Shown here: positions 39,664 to 46,963 of the stretch, piece by piece | Layout: every line of letters begins with the position of its first letter | How positions within the stretch are numbered: position 1 is the stretch's first letter | From: Barthelona sp. PAP020 | Lineage: Eukaryota | Direction: 5' to 3' | DNA length: 46,963 nucleotides | NCBI GenBank assembly: GCA_040182905.1 | Contig: JARQWU010000055.1 | Location: 1-46,963, forward strand | The notes under the pieces: generated by a model | What the model was told of the DNA's origin: nothing | The model's input: only the letters and a program-made list of their open reading frames with translations | Database searches by the model: none | Program-made: the position numbers and the translations under genes

Positions 39664-41205
39664 CTAAAAGGTTAAACAAGGTGTTCTCGAAGCAGAAATT
39701 TCATCTGCCCTTCTAATGGGAACATGAATAGGTGCATCATGTAATTCCTTTTGTCCTTGAGGAGTTTTGGATTTCTCAATAAGATCCTTCATTGCGGAGA
39801 TGTAAATTTCCAATGTATTCAATGTTTCAGATTCGGTAGGTTCTATTAATAATGCACCAGAAACAACAAGAGGGAAATACATGGTTGGTGGATGGAATCC
39901 AGCATCAATCAAACCTTTGGCAATATCAGAGGTGGCAATGCCAGAATTCTTTAAATATTCATCAGAAAAAACACATTCATGCATACATCTTTCCCCAGGA
40001 TATGCGGGGGTCATTCCAATTTCAGTAAGTCTTTTCAAAAGATAATTAGCGTTCAAAACTGCATCGCCGGAAGTATGTCTGAGACCTTTCTCTCCCAATG
40101 CCATGATATAAGCTAAAGCTCTTAACATAACCGCAGTCTGACCATGGAATTGTTTAACACGTCCTAAAGACTCATCATTGATATTTTCTGCAACTCTATA
40201 AACCTTTTGACCATTAATATCTTCAGTGTAAATGTTGTTTGTAGGTACATGAGGAGCCAAACGTTCAGAAAAGACAACTGGTCCACTTCCGGATCCTCCT
40301 CCTCCGTGTGGAGTTGAAAACGTTTTGTGCAAGTTAATATGCATGGCGTCTGCACCAAGCTGTGCAATATTGCAACGGGCCAAAAGAGCATTCAAATTTG
40401 CACCATCCATATACATATATCCACCACAACCATGAATAATATTTGCAATTTCTTGACATCCGCCTTCAAACATACCAAGGGTACTGGGATTTGTAAGCAT
40501 CATACCTGCAACGTGTGGGCCAGCCTTGGCTTTTAAGTCAACAAGATCAACTCTTCCATTTGCCAAAGATTTAACAGTTTGAACTTTGTAACCACAAACT
40601 GCTGAAGTAGCTGGGTTTGTTCCGTGAGCACTATCAGGAACAAGAATGGTATCTCTTTGAGTTTGACCATTCATTTCATGAGCCTTACGAATAGCCATAA
40701 TACCGGTATGTTCTCCATGAGCACCAGCGGCAGGAGCCATTGTAATTGCTGACATTCCAGTAATAGTCAATAATTGTTTGGAAAGCTTATCAATGGCTTC
40801 AAAACAACCTTGAACAGTAATTTCAGGTTGTAATGGATGTGTTTCAGAAAATCCAGGCAATCTAACAATGGCTTCATTAATTCTGGGATTATATTTCATC
40901 GTACAAGAACCTAAAGGATACATTCCAGTATCAACTGAAAAATTCTTTTGAGATAAACGAACATAATGACGCATCAAAGAAGGTTCTGGTAATGAAGGAA
41001 TATCAAGAACAGTTTCCTTTGCAATACCACCTAATTTAACACCGTCAACAGGTTGAAAATCAGGTAATCTAACAGCTCCGGTTCCTGGAAGACTTTGTTC
41101 AAAGAGTAAAGGTTCAGCAACAGTCAAACCACGGTTTGTAACAGAACTCACACCTCTGAATACAGAATCTGTAAGGTTTTTAACAGCAGAATTGCTTTTA
41201 AACAT
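39664..41205 (-). CDS. gcvPB: Glycine cleavage system P protein subunit 2 (glycine dehydrogenase, beta subunit)
   Basis: RHYVRLSQKN, YPLGSCTMKYNP, PAAGAHGE, SAHGTNPA, YMDGANLNA, PLP-lysine motif HINLHKTFSTPHGGGG and PPTMYFPL...LIEPTESE. It has an N-terminal extension MFKSNSAVKNLTDSVFRGVS. Confidence 0.97.
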   Translation of the reverse strand: MFKSNSAVKNLTDSVFRGVSSVTNRGLTVAEPLLFEQSLPGTGAVRLPDFQPVDGVKLGGIAKETVLDIPSLPEPSLMRHYVRLSQKNFSVDTGMYPLGSCTMKYNPRINEAIVRLPGFSETHPLQPEITVQGCFEAIDKLSKQLLTITGMSAITMAPAAGAHGEHTGIMAIRKAHEMNGQTQRDTILVPDSAHGTNPATSAVCGYKVQTVKSLANGRVDLVDLKAKAGPHVAGMMLTNPSTLGMFEGGCQEIANIIHGCGGYMYMDGANLNALLARCNIAQLGADAMHINLHKTFSTPHGGGGSGSGPVVFSERLAPHVPTNNIYTEDINGQKVYRVAENINDESLGRVKQFHGQTAVMLRALAYIMALGEKGLRHTSGDAVLNANYLLKRLTEIGMTPAYPGERCMHECVFSDEYLKNSGIATSDIAKGLIDAGFHPPTMYFPLVVSGALLIEPTESETLNTLEIYISAMKDLIEKSKTPQGQKELHDAPIHVPIRRADEISASRTPCLTF

Positions 41206-41299
41206 GGATATGATTGATAAATAAGAAATGAAATCAAGAAAATGAAAGACGATGTATCATTCTCTATTCTTCTTCTTAACCATCAAAGTTATTTAAACA
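41206..41299. promoter_or_regulatory. Putative bidirectional promoter between the GCS P2 and P1 genes (94 bp)
   Basis: Head-to-head ATGs at 41205 (-) and 41300 (+), with a pyrimidine-rich tract on the sense strand ahead of each. Inferred from geometry only. Confidence 0.6.
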
Positions 41300-42804
41300 A
41301 TGTTCAAACAATGCTCTAATGCTACTCTACAGAGTTTTAACAATATTATTGTATATTTTTTTCAAAGTATTCAAATCTAACATTTTAGCGTGGTGTTTCT
41401 CACAAAATTCAATCAAATGAAACATTGCCATATGTAGTTCATTCCAATGAAACTAGAAAACAAATGTATGAAGCTTTGGGGATTAAATCTGAAGATGAAT
41501 TGTTCAATCTCATTCCTTTATCTGCAAAAATCACTCCTGGATCTTTAAATTTGGAGCCACCAAAATCTGAAATGACCATAAAGAAAGAATTAAGTGCAAT
41601 GGCTGAAAAGAACCTTTCTGCTGCTGATGCTCCTTTATTTTGCGGAGCTGGTATGTATCGTCACTATGTTCCTGCCTTTGTTGATCATTTGATTTCACGT
41701 TCCGAATTTCTTACTTGTTACACTCCTTACCAACCAGAAGTGTCTCAAGGTACTCTTCAAGGAATGTTTGAATTTCAAAATCTTATTTGCAGACTTACTG
41801 GAATGGGTATTGCCAATGCTTCTATGTATGATGGATCTACTGCCACTGCTGAAGCCATTAACATGGCTTGTCGTTTAACCAAACGTGGAAAGGTCTTGTT
41901 AGAAGGATCTATTCACCCTCAATATCTTGATGTATGTAGAACTTACAATAATGCATCCAATATTGCTGATCTCAAGTTCTTTAAACCAAATCCTCAAGGA
42001 ATTGACATTGAAGGATTGATAAAGAACATCGATAAGAAAACAGCTGCTGTTGTTGTTCAAAATCCCGGATTTTTCGGTCACGTTGTGGATTTGTCCCCTC
42101 TTGCTCGTGCTTGTGAAAAGAATGGTGCAAAACTCATTGTTGTAACCAATGAAATTGTATCTCTTGGTGCTATTAAGTCACCTGGTGAAATGGGTGCTGA
42201 TATTGTTTGTGGTGATTGTGGAACCCTTGGTAATGGTCTCAACTTTGGAGGCCCTACTGCCGGATTTTTGGCTACTAGAAACGATCCTAAGACTATTAGA
42301 ACGATGCCTGGGCGTTTAGTTGGTGAAACTAAGGATGTTGAAGGCAACAGATGCTACGTTTTGTCTTTGGGTACTCGTGAACAACATATTAAGAGAGAAA
42401 AGGCAACTTCTAATATTTGTACTGCTGCTGGTGTCAATGCTTTGGCCTTTGCAATGCACGTTGCCGCTTTAGGTTCACAAGGATATCATGACCTTGCTCA
42501 GATGAATCACGCCAATGCAAGATTACTTGCCAATTCAGTTGAAAGAAAACTTGGCAAAGGATCAGTTTTGAATCATTCATACTTTAATGAAATCACCGTT
42601 GAATTACCTCATGGTATCGATGCCAATGATGTTGTAGAGGAATTGGTGTATTACAACATCTTAGGTGGTGTTCCAGTTTCAAGATTATTGCCCAATCAAG
42701 GCTTTGACAATTTACTTCTTTTGGCTGCTACTGAAACAAACACTGAGGAAGAAATTGAATATTTAACAGATGCTTTACAAGAAATTATCAACCGTAGAAG
42801 TTAG
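41300..42804 (+). CDS. gcvPA: Glycine cleavage system P protein subunit 1 (alpha subunit), two exons (41300-41350, 41389-42804), 488 aa
   Basis: FCGAGMYRHYVP, EFLTCYTPYQPEVSQGTLQ, ANASMYDGSTA and TREQHIKREKATSNICT. The ORF-track start at 41425 is a TTG. Splicing gives MFKQCSNATLQSFNNII|RGVSHKIQSNETLPY in frame. Confidence 0.95.
41351..41388 (+). other. Spliceosomal intron, 38 nt (GCS-P1)
   Basis: GTATAT...TCTAAC-ATTT-TAG, with nearly the same length and the same architecture as the Rab7 intron. It supplies the otherwise missing ATG in frame. Confidence 0.85.
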
Positions 42805-42970
42805 GTCATAAATAGTGTATAAATTGTTTCTTTTTAAAACTGTTTTTGAATTAATTTTTTTCTAACTAATTCTTAAAAGTTGTTTATAACCAGAATCAAT
42901 CATTAAAGAAGAAGAATAAAAGATTTTAAAAAGAATAATCACCAAAAATAACTTTTTCCTTTTTGTTAAA

Positions 42971-43597
42971 ATGTTTCCTTGGGACGCCACATTTACCCCA
43001 AAATTACACCCAAATGCACGATTTGCTACCTTATCAGCACAAGCTCAAGGAACGATAGGTACAGGTGATCTTACCACAGCAGTAAAATTACCTCCTGGTG
43101 TAAGCATTAACGAATGGTATTCTGTTCATATTGTTGATTTTTATAATTATATATCCATGTTTTACAGCACTTTAAGAGAATATTGTACAGTTTCAACTTG
43201 TCCCATTATGAAAAATGGTGATAATGTTATTTATTGGAAAGATAATGATAAATATCGTCGTCCTACTGAAGTTCCTGCTCCTACATATATGGAATTATTA
43301 TTTGATTGGGTTGAAAATTTGATTGACAATTACTTTCCAAGAGACAAGTCCACTCCATTCCCTGTTAATTTTGAAGATGTTACTAAAAAGGTTTTAAGCA
43401 GATTGGTGCGAGTATTTGCCCACATATATTTGCATCACGAAAACGGAATCATTGAATTGGAAATTCAAAAGCAATTCAACTCGAGTTTTAAGCACTTCAT
43501 GACATTTGCTGAACATTTCAATTTGATTTCTACCACAGATGTGCAATTAATTGCCCCTATTATTGAAAATATTTTGGGACATCCCTACAATGTCTGA
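42971..43597 (+). CDS. MOB kinase activator (Mob1/phocein family)
   Basis: AVKLPPGVSINEWYSVHIVDFYN, zinc ligands CTVSTCPIM and HIYLHH, APTYMELLFDWVE, FNSSFKHF. Confidence 0.93.
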   Translation: MFPWDATFTPKLHPNARFATLSAQAQGTIGTGDLTTAVKLPPGVSINEWYSVHIVDFYNYISMFYSTLREYCTVSTCPIMKNGDNVIYWKDNDKYRRPTEVPAPTYMELLFDWVENLIDNYFPRDKSTPFPVNFEDVTKKVLSRLVRVFAHIYLHHENGIIELEIQKQFNSSFKHFMTFAEHFNLISTTDVQLIAPIIENILGHPYNV

Positions 43598-44074
43598 ATG
43601 TCTGATCTTTGATATGTAAATTTATTTTCTTCTTTTTTGTTGTTTCTTTTAGTTTGAAAAATCGATCTGTTTTTGGGTGTCGGAATAAAGTTTCAAAAGT
43701 TGTATGAACAGAAAGTAACAGTTCACACCAGAACTCCATCAATATGAAAGGGAAATTTTGCCAGTTGTAAAGAAACTTAAATTTCCCCAAACTTTCCCCA
43801 AACTTTCAAAAATTTTCAAAAATTTCATCATAACGTTTTAATTGATAGGCATTTATCTGTTGTAGCTTTAGTCCAGTTTCCAGAGAGAATTCTCAATTTT
43901 TTGATGCAAGAGTGAAAGAATGGTCAACCTGCTGGAATCTCACCCTTCCCTATCCACAGACACATATGCACATATATATTACCTGAGAGTTAAGATTTGG
44001 ATCTGAACTGTTCTGAATTTAATACAATAAATAACCAAAAAGAAACGTATTCCTCAAAAATTTACCGGTTAAAC

Positions 44075-45763
44075 TTAATCATCATCACTTTCATCAGCAT
44101 TTTCATCAATGTATTGATGCATGTTACCACCATTCCTTTTATTGATGTCGATTAAATCCCAACATTTATTAATAACTAAGTCAAAGTCCATTTGATTCAT
44201 ATATACGCCGGAACCAACAAATTGTCGTATTAGAGAACTTTTTGCCTTCACTAAAACAAATGTTGAAATGAGATATCCTTGATTTTTGACTAATTCAATC
44301 AGTTGAGATTGAGAAATGTGATAAAATGTCACATCAACATCTCCTTCCGTTGATGGCTCTCCAAAATTTGGAACGTTAACATATAATTTTCCAGACGATT
44401 CTTTGTACTCATCCCACAAATCAGAGGGCATATAATATCTGTTGAAAAATACATACATGTCGAATCCATTAACATTAATTTCTGGTCGATTTAAAAGCAT
44501 CATAGCAATATCCAAATGGCCATGATATGCACTGATGTACAAGGGAGAATATCCTGTGAAGCATAAGTTAACATCAGCACCATGAATTAAAAGATATTTG
44601 ACAATTTCAAAATGACCCAATTCGCAAGCAATATACAATGAAGAAGCACCATTATTGTTGCATGAATTCACATCTGCACCCATTTCTAGAAGGGTTTTGA
44701 CAAAATCAAGATTGTTTTCTTGACAACAAACAAACAGTGGAGATTTCCCCAAATTGAGATCTATATCATAATTTTTCAACAAAAAGGTTGCCATATCAAA
44801 TGAATGTTTTGAAATACACCAACAAAATGGAGAAAAACCTTTTTTATCACATACATTCACATCAGCACCATACTTCAATAAGAGATGAATGATATCAAAA
44901 TGGCAACACTGGCAACTAATACATAATGGATTAAACTTATTGTCAGGACATATATTGACATCAGCACCATGGTCCAACAATTTTTCGATAATGTCAAGAT
45001 ATCCATATTTACAACAACAATATAATGGAGAATATCCTTTGAAACATAAGTTAACATCAACATCATAATCTAAAAGCAACTCTGTAATGTCTAAATGCTT
45101 TTTTACAATGCTAATATACAAAGGAGTAGCTACATTGTTACTATGTAGGTTAACATCAGCACCATGAATCAAAAGGTATTTGACAATTTCAAAATGACCC
45201 AATTTGCAAGCAAAATACAATGAAGAAGCACCACTACTATTGCATGAATTAACATCTGCACCCATTTCCAAAAGGGTTTTGACAAAATCAAGATTGTTTT
45301 TTTGACAACAAATAAAGAAGGGAGATTTTCCCACACCAGTTCTATCGCATAAATTCACATTTGCACCATATTTTAAAAGCAGTTTGGCGGTATCAAAATG
45401 ACCATTCTCACAACTAATATGTAGTGCTGAATAACCATTATCATTGCATAAATCAATATCAGCACCAAAATCCAATAAAAACTCAACAATCTCAATATGT
45501 CCTTTAAAAGCACTAATCCAAAGAGATGACCTTCCTCCTCTTTCACATTTATTAACATCAACACCTGCTTTGATGCACTGTTGAACAACTTCAAAATTTC
45601 CATCAGCAGCAGCTCGATATATTTTCTTTGGTTCACCATTTTCTTCATATCCATCCACATCAAAATCATCTGGAATAACAATTTGGTCCATATTATACTT
45701 TAAATATGGGTCGATATGATCAACATCAACATCATTCACAACAGCACTTCTTTGAGTTACCAT
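44075..45763 (-). CDS. Ankyrin-repeat protein (~12 repeats)
   Basis: Repeated GxSxLxxxCxxGHxxIVKxLLxxGADVN units. Confidence 0.95.
   Translation of the reverse strand: MVTQRSAVVNDVDVDHIDPYLKYNMDQIVIPDDFDVDGYEENGEPKKIYRAAADGNFEVVQQCIKAGVDVNKCERGGRSSLWISAFKGHIEIVEFLLDFGADIDLCNDNGYSALHISCENGHFDTAKLLLKYGANVNLCDRTGVGKSPFFICCQKNNLDFVKTLLEMGADVNSCNSSGASSLYFACKLGHFEIVKYLLIHGADVNLHSNNVATPLYISIVKKHLDITELLLDYDVDVNLCFKGYSPLYCCCKYGYLDIIEKLLDHGADVNICPDNKFNPLCISCQCCHFDIIHLLLKYGADVNVCDKKGFSPFCWCISKHSFDMATFLLKNYDIDLNLGKSPLFVCCQENNLDFVKTLLEMGADVNSCNNNGASSLYIACELGHFEIVKYLLIHGADVNLCFTGYSPLYISAYHGHLDIAMMLLNRPEINVNGFDMYVFFNRYYMPSDLWDEYKESSGKLYVNVPNFGEPSTEGDVDVTFYHISQSQLIELVKNQGYLISTFVLVKAKSSLIRQFVGSGVYMNQMDFDLVINKCWDLIDINKRNGGNMHQYIDENADESDDD
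44567..45332. repeat. Near-identical ~185-bp intragenic duplication (44567-44750 vs 45149-45332)
   Basis: Both copies encode GKSP..CCQ.NNLDFVKTLLEMGADVNSCN..GASSLY.AC.LGHFEIVKYLLIHGADVNL and share long identical nucleotide tracts. Confidence 0.92.
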
Positions 45764-46129
45764 GTTTTTTTTTAGCCAACGAGTAATTAACTTCGAAGAT
45801 CAAAGCTTTGTTTGGAGCTATTTTCAAAAAGAAATATTTGTTAAATTAGTTTTCTTAAAAAATCTTATTAAGTGAAACAAATCAAAATCAATAAAAGCAA
45901 TGTGTTATCCATTGAATTGAAAAATGATATTAAAAAATTTATATTAACAAAAGTAAAGAGAATCATGTTGGTGGTGTTGAAAGATGCAAATAGAGTGATT
46001 GAAAAAATAGAGCAAACATATAATTAAATGACTGTTATTTTTACTTGAGTTGATGTATGTGGGGTAAAAGGATGAAATAGAGGAGAAAAACAATTTTTTC
46101 CACACTTTCTTTTAAAATTGATAAAAGCA

Positions 46130-46649
46130 ATGTCAGACAAATCGGAGGAATGTCTTCTGATTGTATGTTTGATTATTCAATGGATGGTAAAAAGGTGGTG
46201 GTTAATGATGGAAGCAAGCAATGTTCATGTGTTTTACATTAATACTAAAAAACTGAGTCACACCTTCCCTTTTTAATCCTTGTCGTTTTGGGTGTTATGT
46301 CTGGTGATGGTTATTTGACATTATACAGTATGGAAAATTTTCAGGAGATTCAAAGGATTTGCTGTGGATGCGATGGATCCAAATTCTTATCCTTTGCAAT
46401 ATCTCCCAATATGAGATGGTTAGCATATGGACAATGTCCCAATGATACAAAAGGATGTTTTCAATAGTTTCTCAATGTGACTCTTCCCATCATTCTAAAA
46501 TAATTGAATTGTCAAATGATTGTGGTCACCTGTTGTGCAATCTAATTGCGATGAAAGTCGACACTCAGATCATTAGACAATTGGTGGCTACAGGTATTTG
46601 CATAAATTGGGTGGAGTTTGACACAATATTTGATCTTTGTTGGGATTAA
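46130..46649 (+). pseudogene. Frameshifted WD40/beta-propeller-like gene remnant
   Basis: Consecutive fragments in different frames: MSDKSEECLLIVCFDYSMDGKKVVVNDG / SNVHVFYINTKKLSHTFPF* / GVMSGDGYLTLYSMENFQEIQRI...FLSFAISPNMRWLAYG. The first shift falls at an AGCA duplication. No CTAAC-type introns repair it. Confidence 0.55.
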
Positions 46650-46963
46650 ATTGACTTTAGTGAGGCTAATGGGGGTAATATGTACAGTTTTGTGGGAATA
46701 TAAATGAATGAAAATAATGATGATGATTGCAGTGTGTGAATATCATTCAATTTAGCTTATCATTTGCCAGTTGAAATGTTTAACTCATGTTTCTTGATGA
46801 AGAAGTGTTCGCCGCAAAGCAGACCGATTTCACGTAAAAGACAATATAAATGTGTTTACCGTTTCTTCTTGCAATTTCTGATATTAATGGGTATCAAAAT
46901 TGAAAAGCTCAAGTGATAATAGACTTAATCGTAAGACTTCAAATATTAAGGATATAAGCAAAT

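Noticed and set aside
41425..41427. TTG start for GCS-P1 given by the ORF track (would suggest a bacterial-style start or contamination)
   Set aside because: An upstream ATG exon and a 38-nt GT-AG intron with CTAAC give an in-frame eukaryotic start, and flanking genes are eukaryotic.
43921..43990. U1-like ATTACCTG on the plus strand, and SRP/RNase P-like GGGAAGG...AGCAGG on the minus strand
   Set aside because: It does not match the U1 5' end ACTTACCTG, the SRP helix-8 stem does not pair properly, and no RNase P P4 partner strand was found.
1840..45681. Numerous 60-150 aa ORFs antisense or out-of-frame within long genes, plus short ORFs over the repeat region (27414-27656, 28085-28270)
   Set aside because: Shadow ORFs of real coding sequences or repeats, with no recognisable protein motifs.
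46130..46649. Alternative genetic code or introns rescuing the WD40-like fragments
   Set aside because: The breaks are mostly frameshifts, not just in-frame stops. All three stop codons terminate conserved genes elsewhere in the window, and no CTAAC-N4/5-TAG acceptor is present.

Overview
Gene-dense, AT-rich, intron-poor eukaryotic (protist) nuclear DNA using the standard genetic code (TAA, TAG and TGA all terminate ORFs). It encodes flagellar proteins (cytoplasmic dynein-2 heavy chain, AK9), two Rab GTPases, CTF18, a MOB protein, TMEM33/Pom33, an SPFH protein, an ankyrin-repeat protein and a bacterial-style GNAT. Three glycine cleavage system (GCS) genes are present: the 3' end of the T-protein at the window start, and a bacterial-type split P-protein (P1/gcvPA and P2/gcvPB) arranged head-to-head 94 bp apart. 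I infer two 38-39 nt spliceosomal introns that the ORF track misses, one in Rab7 and one in GCS-P1. Splicing the P1 intron shows that both P subunits begin with a similar MFK...RGVS extension, a candidate organelle-targeting presequence. The content fits a flagellated anaerobic protist with a mitochondrion-related organelle, such as a free-living metamonad; that taxonomy is inference. Other notable items are an interleaved system of two repeat families (27582-28283), a membrane adenylyl-cyclase-like protein with degenerate catalytic domains, a multi-TM multi-PAS protein with no recognisable output domain, a Rab7 with His at the catalytic Gln67, and a frameshifted WD40-like pseudogene. There is one assembly gap (30487-30553).
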